Shown here one piece after another: positions 27,543 to 37,874 of a DNA stretch of 64,000 bases. Origin of the DNA: Poseidonia sp. (GTDB lineage Archaea; Thermoplasmatota; Poseidoniia; Poseidoniales; Poseidoniaceae); assembly GCA_049627345.1 (NCBI GenBank), contig JBMZXF010000003.1, forward strand, positions 12,719 to 76,718. Reading direction: 5' to 3'. Numbering within the stretch: the first letter of the stretch is position 1; each line of letters opens with the position of its first letter. The notes under the pieces are model-generated. The model did no database searches. It had not been told where the DNA came from and worked only from the letters and a program-made list of their open reading frames with translations. The position numbers and the translations under genes are program-made.

Positions 27543-29290
27543 TCGTGGTTGGACGCCAGTGGACGGCGCCAGCCTTGTCCGAACGCCCGTGGCGATACAC
27601 GAGGCGCTGGAGGCATCTGCCAGCGTTTGTGCTCGTTCCGCTCCAAGCGTTGCAAGACGTCCATCACGGTCGCTGCGTCAAAGCCACGTGCGATGAGGTC
27701 GTTGGTGTTGAGCCCGCCTTCGATGTGCGATCTCAAGATGGCGTCGAGTTCCTCGTACGGAGGGAGCGAATCTTGGTCGGTTTGGTCCGGAGCCAGTTCA
27801 GCGGACGGGGGTTTGGTCATGGTTGACACGGAGACGGGAGCGGTTCGTCCCGAGGCTTCTGCACGCTGATTGAAGTGTTCAGCCATGGCGTAGACCTCCA
27901 TCTTGTAGACATCGCCCAGCGGCGCATAGCCACCAGCCATGTCACCGTAGAGCGTGCAGTAGCCCTGAGCGATCTCGGACTTGTTGCCCGTGGTGATGGC
28001 CATGCTGGCGTTGGCGTTGGCGTACCCCATCACCAGCAAAGCGCGCAATCGGGCTTGGAGGTTCTCTGCGGCGACCGGATGACCGTTCGCCAACACCTCG
28101 CCGAGAACACCTTCCACGCTGGTGTGCATGGCATCGATTTCGTGGAGGTGATGCGTCATGCCCAACGCCTTGGCGGTGTGAAGGGCATCGTCGATGGAGT
28201 GCTGCGAAGAGTGGCGACTGGGCATGGCCAGGCCGGTCACGTTCTCTGCCCCCAATGCAGCAACGGCGACGCAAGCCGCCACGGCCGAATCGATGCCGCC
28301 CGACAGCCCCAACACAACGGAGGTGATGGATGATTTTCGACAGTAGTCCGCCAGGCCCGCGACCACGGCGTTTGTCAACGCTTCGATGGCACCCATCGTG
28401 GCGGTCCCGTCGTCGCTGGCCTCCACGTGCATGAGCACTGATTCGCCGATGGCGAGGGCATCCTCGCCGTCGCTGGGAACCCATCGGCAGGCTTCGGGCG
28501 AGGTGACGTCAACGAGGAGCACCCCTTCCTGCCACGACGGTGCCACGACCGCTCGACCGTCCGGCCACACCGCCAAACTACGCCCGTCAAAGAGGAGGTC
28601 GTCGTTTCCCCCGACTTGATTGGCGAGGAGAAACGGATGACCGAGGACGGCGGCGGCATGCCGAGCGACGGCCAATCGGGTGGTGAATTTCTCGGAATGG
28701 AACGGGGAGGCCGACAAGTTGACCGTTGCATCGATGGTGACGCCTTGACGGCACCATTCGGCGATGTGTTCAATCGGGTCCTGGGCATACGATGACGGCG
28801 TCATGCCGGCCGATTGCCATGCGTCCTCACAGACGGTGACACCCAACGTGAACCCCCCGAAGGAACGAGCGAGTCCCGAGCGGTTCTTGGGCGTGAAGTA
28901 TCGCGCCTCATCGAACACATCGTAGGTCGGTAGCAGCTGCTTCTCGGCGACGATGCGTCCGTGTTCATCCCCGGTAATGGTGGCGAAGGCCGGTCCTGCG
29001 CGAACCACGCCGTTGGTGGGAAGGGTTCGTTCATCTTCGGCTGGAATCGGTGTGCCAACCAAGACAGGAAGCGGCGTCTCAAGGGTGAGAGCAGCCGTCA
29101 TGGAGCGTTCAACAAAATCCCGTTCCATGAGAAGATCCCGTGGAGGGTAGCCACACACCGCCAGTTCCGTTGAGATACCAACCTTGGCTCCAGCAGACAA
29201 GGCCTGCTGTGCTAACGCCGACAGGCGCCGCCCGTTGTGTTCCAGGTCGCCCACGGTGGGGTCAAACTGAAGCAACGCAATCGTGGTCAT
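27530..29290 (-). CDS. nadE: Glutamine-dependent NAD+ synthetase (nitrilase domain plus NAD synthetase domain)
   Basis: N-terminal CN-hydrolase region (GVTVCEDAW) and PP-loop LGLSGGIDSAVAACVAV. ATG 29290 (MTTIALLQFDP) preferred over the track start 29356. Confidence 0.88.
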   Translation of the reverse strand: MTTIALLQFDPTVGDLEHNGRRLSALAQQALSAGAKVGISTELAVCGYPPRDLLMERDFVERSMTAALTLETPLPVLVGTPIPAEDERTLPTNGVVRAGPAFATITGDEHGRIVAEKQLLPTYDVFDEARYFTPKNRSGLARSFGGFTLGVTVCEDAWQSAGMTPSSYAQDPIEHIAEWCRQGVTIDATVNLSASPFHSEKFTTRLAVARHAAAVLGHPFLLANQVGGNDDLLFDGRSLAVWPDGRAVVAPSWQEGVLLVDVTSPEACRWVPSDGEDALAIGESVLMHVEASDDGTATMGAIEALTNAVVAGLADYCRKSSITSVVLGLSGGIDSAVAACVAVAALGAENVTGLAMPSRHSSQHSIDDALHTAKALGMTHHLHEIDAMHTSVEGVLGEVLANGHPVAAENLQARLRALLVMGYANANASMAITTGNKSEIAQGYCTLYGDMAGGYAPLGDVYKMEVYAMAEHFNQRAEASGRTAPVSVSTMTKPPSAELAPDQTDQDSLPPYEELDAILRSHIEGGLNTNDLIARGFDAATVMDVLQRLERNEHKRWQMPPAPRVSPRAFGQGWRRPLASNHDWRR

Positions 29291-29310
29291 GGTCTCACCT
29301 CGAAACGTGT

Positions 29311-32300
29311 TCAGGGATGCTTGACAATCTCGCCGTTGGCATCTTTGTACCACCACTCGTTGGTGGCTTTGTCATGGTACCACCAGTAGCCATCCGAACC
29401 CATCACCCAATCGGTTTCGGCATCGCTGCCACTCGCGGGTTCGGTTGATGCGCTGGCCGTTGCGACGACCGCTTCAGCGGTGTTGTCCGGCGTGAAACCC
29501 TCGTCGTCATCGTCCTCTTCATCGTCCTCAAACTCAGAAGAATATTCGTCCCAGTCAAATTCTGAGCGAGCACCTTGGTTCACCGTCATGCGGCGCATCC
29601 ATGCCAACAAGGACACCACCACGGCGATGAGCAGCAGGCCGGTCAAGCTGCCAATGATGGGGTTCACATCGCCGAAGACCTTCTCGGAGAAGGTGGGCTC
29701 CTCGGCAACGCGAACCTCGATGGTGGGGCCGCTGACGACCATGCCGTTGTCGAGGGTGGCCTCGACCCATTGGATGCCCGCTGTTTCGGGCTTCCAGTCG
29801 ACGGCAACCAGGCCCAAGGCGCCTGCCTCGGCGGAAACGTCCGTCCGCTGAATGAGCGTTCGTTCGCCTTCGGCGGTCACCGTTTCGAAGGAGACACCGG
29901 TTTGGCCCTGGAGGGTCCCGATGTTCTCCACTTCGAGTTGAATCGAGGTGGTATCGCCGACCTCCATCAGGAGTCGTGAGTAGGTCAGGGCAGACGGGGC
30001 CACCGTGAACTTGGGCTGGAGCCATTCCATGTTCCAGGTCGCCAAGAAGGGGTCGTTGAGGTCCCCGCCCAAGCCGGTGACGGTGTTTCCGGCAAGGTCT
30101 CGTCCGGCGACGCTGATCTTGACTTGCATCCGGTCGATCAGCATCTCGTTCGTGATTTCACTCAGGTTCATGTCGCCGTAGAGTTCGAGGCGAAGGCCAT
30201 CGGTGGCCTCGCCTTCAAGGGCCAAGGGTTCTCGTCCGGACCGAATGACATCACCGGTTTCAAAGTCCTCCACCTGCCAAACCAATTCAAGCGAAGCCAC
30301 GTCAAGGCCACCCAACTCTTGGACGACCACGCGGACTTCGTGGTTCTCGCCACCCAGAACGGCCCGTGGGCGAGGCGAAAGCACTTCTTGGGGCTCAGGC
30401 CCGGTCCCGTCGACGACGATCCACTTGACCGAGGTGGATTGATCGGTCAGGTCCATGCCTTGCCCTTCAAGGCAACCCACTTCCCACGTCATGGGCAACG
30501 AGCCAGAGGAGACGGGCGCATCAATGGCCATGGACCAGATACCGTCCTTGGCCTCAGCAACGTGCGTTTGTCCAGCGAACAGCACGTTCACGGTGCAGTC
30601 GAAGTCGGGGACGGTTGAGGTTTCTGCAAACACGAGGCCGCCGGAAAGTTCCATTGGCGTGAGGGGCGTGACCCGAGCGCCATCACCGAGGAAGGACCCT
30701 CGGGTCAGGTGCAGGTTGACGCTTTCTTCAGGAATGCTGAGTCCTGCCGAGAAGCGCCAGCGATGTTCAGGGAAGTTCCGCATTTCCTCTTGGCCGGCAC
30801 GGTCCACCACCAAGATGGCGGGTTCTCGACGGTTATCCCCCAAATCGGGCGTGTTCCAACCGAGTTGGAGGTGGATGTTCAACACCAGGTCCTTCTCGTA
30901 GGGGTCGGCAACGCCGTTGGCCCCCAGCATGGTGCACTGGTCGATGATGATGTGGGTGGACGTGGTGGTGCACTCACCTGTTTCAAACGCCCACTGGATG
31001 CTCATGGCGTCGCTTCCTTGGTTGCTTGCCAGCATCACCTCAACGGTGGACAAATCGGAACCCCCGTTGGGCTCGGAGATCTTCACGTTCAACTCGTACG
31101 GTTGAGCTGGATGGAGCCAAGACTGGCGTCCCTTGGACCATGCGAAGGCATCGGGTTCCAGTTCAGGCGCCCCGTCAACGGCGAGCTGATACATGAACAA
31201 CTGCTCGCCCTCCTCGGCGCTGCCACCGTCTTGAAGCGCGTAGCCAGAGGGGTCGGTGCCTTCGAGGTACACGGCCACCTTCTGTCCGAGGCTGCCACCG
31301 GTATCGTCCAGCATGAGGGTGTAGACGCCCGTCAGCGCCGTCAGGTCGCTGGGGACCAACATCGGCATGGCGTGATACTCCCCTTCGTCGGGCCAACCGT
31401 TGAGGTTCGTATCGTCGACCCATTCCTTCCAGACCATGGCGGTCATGGCCCCCGGGAGAACAGGTTGGTCGGCGATGGTCACTTGCATGACCTGCGTTGG
31501 GCTCGGCGTGCGATGGTCGTAGCGGTACATCGAGGTCTCCATCACCCGAGGCTTGACCGAATCAACGGTGAACGTGCGACTGAGCGAAGTTGGCTCAATG
31601 ACGGTCGAGCCGTTGAACGACACCAGACCGACCTCCCAGGTGACATCACCGTAGGTGAACGGAATGGTCTCGGTGAAGTTCCAATATGCACCGTCCAAGG
31701 ACGTCGTGTTACGAACGGCTGTGCCGTCCCGATAAAGGGTGAGTTCGGCGTCGCCGTCCACAAATCCACGAGCATCGTTGACGTTTTCATAGCCGACCTG
31801 AACGGAGACGTTCATGGATTCACCGCCCCGAAGATAGACACGGGACGGGCTCATGTCAACGCCGTTTTCTGAGAAGACAACACCCTTGAGCTCCAGGTCG
31901 TTTTCGTAGCCTTGAAGCCCCGTGCCGCCCCAAGTATGGGCAAACGGGATGGAGATAACACCGCTCTGCATGACCAACCGCGACGTGGCCGTGAGTTGCT
32001 GCTCGTCGTCCCACGTTGGTCGCAGGCGGAACGTGATGTTCGTCATCACGTTGGTGCCGTCCTCGGTGACCTCGATCGGGTCCGTTGGATGAAGTTCCAC
32101 GAGGGAAGCATCGCCCAGGCCGGCGGGGGCGCCACCGGCGTCGGGGAACAGGAAGGTGGCTTGGTTTGTTTTGCTGTACACGTCAAGCCGGTGATGCGTG
32201 ATGGAACCACCGATGATCTGGTACTGCGTGGAAATCGTTTGCCACTGCTTGGAGGGCGTCAACACGGCTTCGGCGTCAACCATGGCGCCGTTCTGCAACA

Positions 32301-34413
32301 ACACCGTGCTGGAGGTTTGCAGGCTGAGCACCTCAACCGTCAAACCGCCACGGGTTTCCGACATGAAGGGAAGCGGAATGGATTGCATTCCGCCTCCACC
32401 GGCAACCGTTGTTCGTGCCTCGTTCACGCCCATGACAAAGGCCGACGAGGCGTCAGCCACGAGGTGCTGGCTCGCCTCGTAGGTGGCCCGAAGGCCGCCG
32501 AGAACCGTGACACCGTTGCCTGACACCTCGATGCGAGCCTCCGTGAAGGCCGTACCGTGAATGTCAACCGAATTTCCGGTGTTGGCCAACGCCGTGGTGA
32601 ACAGGTCAAGTTCGCTCCCGTTGAGGTGGAACAGACCGGTCGATGTTGCGTTGGTCGAGCGGTTGGCCACCAGCGTGTTTTGGACGAAAAGGGCGATTTC
32701 AAGCACCGTACCGGACGTCGCCGCATAGCCGAAGCCGAACGAGGTAAGGTCCTCGGAGGGAACCCACAGCCTGGCGTCGCTCGGTGCACCCGAGGTCAGC
32801 GTGAGTTCCATCTGTTCCTCAGCGTTGGCGAAGCGGTCTTGCCAGCCCCATGTACCAACCCGAGCATCCTCGCCGCCCCATTCGTACCGCTCATCGAGGT
32901 TGAAGTCGAGGGTGGGGCGGGCAGGGTGTTGGCCACCGAAGAGGTCCATGGAAAACGCCTCAGCGTTCCAAGCGGTGAAGTTGCTCATGTTGCCATCGGC
33001 GGGAAGCACCGAGACGACTCGTGCCTGCATGCCCACCGTGCTTTGGTTGGTCGTGGGGAAGTAAGGCAGGCTGATGTTCATCCAAGCGTCCTCCGGGTGG
33101 AAGCGAACCTGAACTTGGCCGCTGGCGACCGTGCCGTCGAGTTTCGCGTCGTACAGGGGTGCGTTGGCCAGCACCCACGGCGAGGTCAGGGTGGAATTCT
33201 CGTCTGAACCCAGCACACCAATGCCGGGGACGTAGGATGCGTTGGACATGGTCCACCCACGGTCCAGTGGATCGGTGATGAAGCCCTCTCGGTAGGCACC
33301 GTCGCCGGTGATGGAGTGCACTTCGGGCATGCCCGATGCACTGCCTTTGAATTCGAGGTGCAAGCGGAATTGGTCGATGAGCGTGTGGTCGAGGAGGTTG
33401 ATGGGGACGACATAGTCGTTTGACCCGTGCATGCCGGGAATCACTTCGCCCGCCGAGTTGAGGATGGACCAGTTGAGGTAGGCACCGTCGGGAACATCGG
33501 CCTGGATGGTCATGGGTGCGTAGGTGTCAGCGGCGAGGAGTTGGGTTGAGCCGGACTTGTAACCGAGGGTCGGGCTGGTCCAGTTGGATTCCGGCGGGGT
33601 GGCGATGTGGACGTCGTCGACGAACCAATAATCGCAGCAGGTGCTGCTGCCGCTGGTTTGATGGATGCGGAACTGTGAGTTGGTGTGGAGCGCTGCTGCT
33701 GGCAACGTCGTCATGAACTGGAAGTTACTGGTTTGTGAACCACCACCGCTGAAGGTTCGGAACGTCGTCCATGAACCAGAGGCAGCCTTGTACTGGAACT
33801 GGAGGTTTTCACCGCTGTCGGGCGTTTCACCGCAACCCGAGCGACCTTCGTGAACCCATGCGTGGAACGGCACGTTGGCGCCGCCGGCGAGGTTCACCAC
33901 CGGCGAGGTTCCGTAGGTCGAGCCGGCGTAGGTTCGCAGCGAACCTCCGCTCGAGCCGTTGAAACCGCAGGAGGGACTGGTCACCCGTGCCGTGTAGGAG
34001 TTGGAGAAGGTCCAGCCTTGGTTGTTGGTGTTGAAGTCCCACAGGATGCCCGGAGAGGACCCTGTCAAGATGCCACCCGATGAACTCGAACCGTTGGAGA
34101 TGGCGTCGGGGTGGCTCCAGATGCTGTCACTGTTCCAGGTAAATCCGGATTGCGTCGGGAGCACCCTCGGGGTGAACTGCATCTCAGCTGTCACCAGTGG
34201 CTCGTTGTCGGGCAGGTCCAGCGTGAACATCGTGTTCGGTGTGGAGGTAAGGGTGAGGTTGACCTCATCGCCCGCACCGGCGCTCTTGACCACGTTTTCG
34301 TTGACCAGCGTCGGTGAATGCTGCAGGGCAGGCCCGACGGCGTGAAGCCACGTGCTCAACACAAACAGGACCACCAAGCCAACGGCCTGTGCATGGCCAC
34401 GCCTACCCGCCAT
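29311..34413 (-). CDS. Giant (1700 aa) surface protein: signal peptide, jelly-roll-like N-terminal domain, long beta-rich ectodomain, single TM anchor, acidic tail with terminal Trp-rich motif
   Basis: MAGRRGHAQAVGLVVLFVLSTWLHAVG signal. GWTFSNSY...CGFNGSSGG...CCDYWFVDDVHI suggests a MAM/LamG-like domain (tentative). CARDB-like IQLEVENIGTLQG. TM IIGSLTGLLLIAVVVSLLAW. Tail EFEDDEEDDDDEGF...DGYWWYHDKATNEWWYKDANGEIVKHP. The track start 34656 is rejected because it overlaps the ileS promoter and start. Confidence 0.85.
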   Translation of the reverse strand: MAGRRGHAQAVGLVVLFVLSTWLHAVGPALQHSPTLVNENVVKSAGAGDEVNLTLTSTPNTMFTLDLPDNEPLVTAEMQFTPRVLPTQSGFTWNSDSIWSHPDAISNGSSSSGGILTGSSPGILWDFNTNNQGWTFSNSYTARVTSPSCGFNGSSGGSLRTYAGSTYGTSPVVNLAGGANVPFHAWVHEGRSGCGETPDSGENLQFQYKAASGSWTTFRTFSGGGSQTSNFQFMTTLPAAALHTNSQFRIHQTSGSSTCCDYWFVDDVHIATPPESNWTSPTLGYKSGSTQLLAADTYAPMTIQADVPDGAYLNWSILNSAGEVIPGMHGSNDYVVPINLLDHTLIDQFRLHLEFKGSASGMPEVHSITGDGAYREGFITDPLDRGWTMSNASYVPGIGVLGSDENSTLTSPWVLANAPLYDAKLDGTVASGQVQVRFHPEDAWMNISLPYFPTTNQSTVGMQARVVSVLPADGNMSNFTAWNAEAFSMDLFGGQHPARPTLDFNLDERYEWGGEDARVGTWGWQDRFANAEEQMELTLTSGAPSDARLWVPSEDLTSFGFGYAATSGTVLEIALFVQNTLVANRSTNATSTGLFHLNGSELDLFTTALANTGNSVDIHGTAFTEARIEVSGNGVTVLGGLRATYEASQHLVADASSAFVMGVNEARTTVAGGGGMQSIPLPFMSETRGGLTVEVLSLQTSSTVLLQNGAMVDAEAVLTPSKQWQTISTQYQIIGGSITHHRLDVYSKTNQATFLFPDAGGAPAGLGDASLVELHPTDPIEVTEDGTNVMTNITFRLRPTWDDEQQLTATSRLVMQSGVISIPFAHTWGGTGLQGYENDLELKGVVFSENGVDMSPSRVYLRGGESMNVSVQVGYENVNDARGFVDGDAELTLYRDGTAVRNTTSLDGAYWNFTETIPFTYGDVTWEVGLVSFNGSTVIEPTSLSRTFTVDSVKPRVMETSMYRYDHRTPSPTQVMQVTIADQPVLPGAMTAMVWKEWVDDTNLNGWPDEGEYHAMPMLVPSDLTALTGVYTLMLDDTGGSLGQKVAVYLEGTDPSGYALQDGGSAEEGEQLFMYQLAVDGAPELEPDAFAWSKGRQSWLHPAQPYELNVKISEPNGGSDLSTVEVMLASNQGSDAMSIQWAFETGECTTTSTHIIIDQCTMLGANGVADPYEKDLVLNIHLQLGWNTPDLGDNRREPAILVVDRAGQEEMRNFPEHRWRFSAGLSIPEESVNLHLTRGSFLGDGARVTPLTPMELSGGLVFAETSTVPDFDCTVNVLFAGQTHVAEAKDGIWSMAIDAPVSSGSLPMTWEVGCLEGQGMDLTDQSTSVKWIVVDGTGPEPQEVLSPRPRAVLGGENHEVRVVVQELGGLDVASLELVWQVEDFETGDVIRSGREPLALEGEATDGLRLELYGDMNLSEITNEMLIDRMQVKISVAGRDLAGNTVTGLGGDLNDPFLATWNMEWLQPKFTVAPSALTYSRLLMEVGDTTSIQLEVENIGTLQGQTGVSFETVTAEGERTLIQRTDVSAEAGALGLVAVDWKPETAGIQWVEATLDNGMVVSGPTIEVRVAEEPTFSEKVFGDVNPIIGSLTGLLLIAVVVSLLAWMRRMTVNQGARSEFDWDEYSSEFEDDEEDDDDEGFTPDNTAEAVVATASASTEPASGSDAETDWVMGSDGYWWYHDKATNEWWYKDANGEIVKHP

Positions 34414-34583
34414 GGCCTTCGGTGGTCGTTGAAGGACTTGAAGGATGCCCCTTGAGATTTTCTTCGTGATGGGTTGTTTGAGGGACACCGGCACGAAATC
34501 GAACGAGGCGATGAGGCCTCGAGTGCGAAAAAATGAACAAAATTTGGAGGAGCGTTCAAAACAGGAACCTCGGTGGGTGAAAC

Positions 34584-37500
34584 ATGGCTCAACCTTCCCC
34601 TGCGGGTGAATTGAACGCCGTTGATTTGGAAACCGGTCTGCTTGAACAGTGGGCAACGGAAAAGACCTTCCAAGCCTCCATTGACAACCGCAGAACCCAT
34701 GCCCCGTTCATCTTCCTCGAAGGGCCCCCCACGGCCAACGGGAAACCGGGCATCCACCATGTCGTGGCTCGAACGTACAAGGACCTCGTCTGCCGCTGGA
34801 AAGCGATGGAAGGCTTTCTGGTCGAGCGAAAGGGTGGATGGGACACCCACGGTTTGCCCGTTGAAATCGAAGTTCAAAAGCGCCTTGATCTGATGAGCAA
34901 CGAAGCCATCGAAGCCTACGGCATGGCGGAATTCAACCAAGCCTGTCGAGAATCGGTGTGGACGTACGAAGCAGCCTGGCGTGAGATGACCGAGCGCATG
35001 GCCTACTGGGTTGACCTCGACAACCCCTACGTGACCCTGCACAACGACTACGTCGAATCCGCTTGGTGGGCGCTCAAGCAAATGTTCGACAAAGGCCTGC
35101 TCTACCGCGGCCACAAGGTGTTGCCTTACTGCCCACAAACCGGCACATCGTACTCCAGTCACGAAGTCGCTTTGGGCTACAAGGAAGTTGAGGAGCCTTC
35201 CGTCTACGTGAAATTCAAACTGACCGATGACGATGCCTCCATCCTTGCATGGACCACCACGCCGTGGACGCTTCCCGGCAACGTGGGCTTGGCGGTCGGA
35301 CCTGACGTCACCTACGCTCGATGTCGCATCAAGGAAGCCGCCGGTGATTCGTGGAGCGGTGCTGGTGGGGCCGATGTGGGCGAGGAAGTCATTCTCGCGA
35401 AGGCCCTGATGAAGGACGTGCTTCGCCATCACGTGGACATCATCGAGGAATTCCCCGGCTCCGACCTTGTCGGACGGGCCTATGAGCCGCTTTTCCCCAA
35501 CGCCGTGCCTCGGGGCGATTCCACCACGGCTTGGACGGTGCTGGCCGCCGATTGGGTCACCACCACCGACGGTACCGGTGTGGTCCACACGGCTGTCATG
35601 TACGGTGAAGACGACTACAACCTCGGCATGGAGGCCGGCTTGCCCGCCCACCACACCGTGGGCATGGACGGCGCTTTCGTGGAGGGAACCCATCCCGACC
35701 TTGACGGTCAGTACGTCAAGGGCTGCGACGCTACCATCATCGGGCTCCTGTCAGCACCCGGGGGCAGCAACGGCACCGGCCCAGCCAGTGGTCTGCTCTA
35801 CCGCGAGAAGGACTACCTTCACGACTACCCGCACTGCTGGCGAACCGACCATCCGCTGCTCTACTACGCCATGGATTCGTGGTTTGTTCGCATGACGGCC
35901 GTTAAGGACAACTTGCTCAAGTTCAACGACCAGGTTGAATGGGCCCCTGATTGGGTCGGTGAAGGGCGATTTGGGGAGTGGCTGCGCAACGTCAAGGACT
36001 GGGCCATCTCCCGTGAGCGCTACTGGGGAACGCCCTTGCCCGTGTGGCGAAGTGAAAGCGGCGAAATGAAGTGCGTTGGCTCGATTCAAGAACTCCAAGA
36101 AGAAGTGGCCAAGGCCATCGCCGCCGGGTTCGCCAACCCCGATTGTCCCGACGACGTCGACCTTCACCGCCCGGTCGTGGACGGTTTCACCCTCCTTTCC
36201 GACACCGGTCTGCCGATGAAGCGGGAACCCTTCGTCATGGATTGCTGGTTTGATTCGGGGTGTGCACCCTTCGCTCAATGGCACCATCCCTTTGACGAGG
36301 AACAGCGATTCAACGCCTCCTTCCCCGTCGACTACATCTGTGAGGGCGTGGACCAAACCCGAGGATGGTTCTACACGCTGCTGGCCGTTTCGGCGACCGT
36401 GTTTGACAACATGGCCTACAAGCGGTGCCTTTCCCTTGGCCTGATCCTCGATGCTGAAGGCAAGAAGATGTCCAAGTCTCGAGGCAACATCGTCGACCCG
36501 TGGGACCACTTCAACCGAGAGGGGGCCGACGCCACTCGCTGGTACATGGTCACGGCCGGTGCACCGTGGAACCCGATGAAATTCGACCCCAACGGCGTGC
36601 GTGAAACCTACGCCAAGATGTTCCTGACCACCTGGAACGTCTACAAGTTCCATGCCGATTATGCTGCACTCGACGGCTTTGACCCGGAGGCACAATCCGT
36701 TCCTGTCGAGAAGCGAAGCGCGCTGGACCGCTGGGTCCTCTCACGCCTGCACACCGTGGCCAAAGACTACCACGAGAACTTCACCAACTGGCAGTTCCAC
36801 AAAGCCTGCCGAGACCTTGAGGACTTCATGGTGAACGACGTCTCCAACTGGTACGTTCGCCGTAGCCGTCGACGCCTTTGGGACGAAGCCGACAGTCATG
36901 ACAAGCTGGCCTGCCAGCACACGCTCCACGAAGTGCTCGAGACCGTCTGCAAGTTGGTCGCCCCAGTCTCACCGTTCATGGTGGACCGCATTCACCGAAA
37001 CTTGACCGGTAGCAGCGTTCACACCGCCGATTGGCCCTTGGGCGTGCCCGGCGGACTTGAGGGCGCCACGGCCGATGCATGGGACGAGGCGGCGGCGCAG
37101 GCCACCGCCGTTCTTCCACCCCAGGACCTTGAACTCGAAGCGACCATGGCCCTCGTGCGGGAACTGGCCGAAGCCGGCCGCCGCATCCGCATTGACGGAG
37201 GGCGCCGCCAGCGACTCCCCTGTGCGCAAGGATGGATCGTCGCCGGCCCGGACCTCAGTGAATTCCACGACCTGTTGGCCGAGGAGCTGAACGTTGAGTC
37301 CATCGAGGTCGAAACCGACCTCGACCGTTTCCAGCGCATTGAATTGGCCCCCAATTTCCGAGCCCTTGCCCCCAAAGCCCGTGCCGACGTGAACAAGGTT
37401 GCTGCCGCCATCCGAGAAAGCGACGACCCCGAAGGCCTCCTCGCCGACATCAACGATGGAGGAGCGGACGTGCTCGGCGTTCTTGTGGAAGCCGGCGATG

Positions 37501-37871
37501 TCGAAGTGAAGCGGGTGGAGCGGGAAGGCTTCGCTGCGCAAACCGTCGAAACCGAAGGTGAAGAGCAGCAGCAGGTCAGTTTGGTGCTCGACATGAACGA
37601 CTCGCCCGCCTTGTTGTCGAAAGGGTTGGCACGGGACATCGTCCGCCGCGTTCAAGCCCAGCGCAAGGCGCTGGACTTGGCCATTGAAGCCACCATTGAC
37701 CTCGAAATTTGGCTGGAACAAGCCCCCGAAATGATGGCCGCTGACCAGGCATGGGTGGCCACAGAAACACGAGCAGCAGCCTGCGCGTTCCACCCCGATG
37801 GCACCACGCCCAGTGAGGGTGCTGAACGCTTCGAAGTGGACGGCACCATCGTGCATTTCACCGTGAAGTGA
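34584..37871 (+). CDS. ileS: Isoleucyl-tRNA synthetase
   Basis: PPTANGKPGIHHVVARTYKD (HIGH region), KMSKSRGN (KMSKS), 1095 aa. GGTGA box upstream. Confidence 0.95.
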   Translation: MAQPSPAGELNAVDLETGLLEQWATEKTFQASIDNRRTHAPFIFLEGPPTANGKPGIHHVVARTYKDLVCRWKAMEGFLVERKGGWDTHGLPVEIEVQKRLDLMSNEAIEAYGMAEFNQACRESVWTYEAAWREMTERMAYWVDLDNPYVTLHNDYVESAWWALKQMFDKGLLYRGHKVLPYCPQTGTSYSSHEVALGYKEVEEPSVYVKFKLTDDDASILAWTTTPWTLPGNVGLAVGPDVTYARCRIKEAAGDSWSGAGGADVGEEVILAKALMKDVLRHHVDIIEEFPGSDLVGRAYEPLFPNAVPRGDSTTAWTVLAADWVTTTDGTGVVHTAVMYGEDDYNLGMEAGLPAHHTVGMDGAFVEGTHPDLDGQYVKGCDATIIGLLSAPGGSNGTGPASGLLYREKDYLHDYPHCWRTDHPLLYYAMDSWFVRMTAVKDNLLKFNDQVEWAPDWVGEGRFGEWLRNVKDWAISRERYWGTPLPVWRSESGEMKCVGSIQELQEEVAKAIAAGFANPDCPDDVDLHRPVVDGFTLLSDTGLPMKREPFVMDCWFDSGCAPFAQWHHPFDEEQRFNASFPVDYICEGVDQTRGWFYTLLAVSATVFDNMAYKRCLSLGLILDAEGKKMSKSRGNIVDPWDHFNREGADATRWYMVTAGAPWNPMKFDPNGVRETYAKMFLTTWNVYKFHADYAALDGFDPEAQSVPVEKRSALDRWVLSRLHTVAKDYHENFTNWQFHKACRDLEDFMVNDVSNWYVRRSRRRLWDEADSHDKLACQHTLHEVLETVCKLVAPVSPFMVDRIHRNLTGSSVHTADWPLGVPGGLEGATADAWDEAAAQATAVLPPQDLELEATMALVRELAEAGRRIRIDGGRRQRLPCAQGWIVAGPDLSEFHDLLAEELNVESIEVETDLDRFQRIELAPNFRALAPKARADVNKVAAAIRESDDPEGLLADINDGGADVLGVLVEAGDVEVKRVEREGFAAQTVETEGEEQQQVSLVLDMNDSPALLSKGLARDIVRRVQAQRKALDLAIEATIDLEIWLEQAPEMMAADQAWVATETRAAACAFHPDGTTPSEGAERFEVDGTIVHFTVK

Positions 37872-37874
37872 GGC

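Noticed and set aside
26571-27869. 432-aa plus-strand ORF
   Set aside because: It is antisense to trhO and nadE, both of which have diagnostic motifs (CTGGIRCEKA; SGGIDSAV).
34356-35693. 445-aa minus-strand ORF spanning the ileS 5' region (also 35751..36695 and 36969..37856)
   Set aside because: These are antisense to ileS, which has HIGH and KMSKS motifs. The first would also run through the ileS promoter and the start of giant B.
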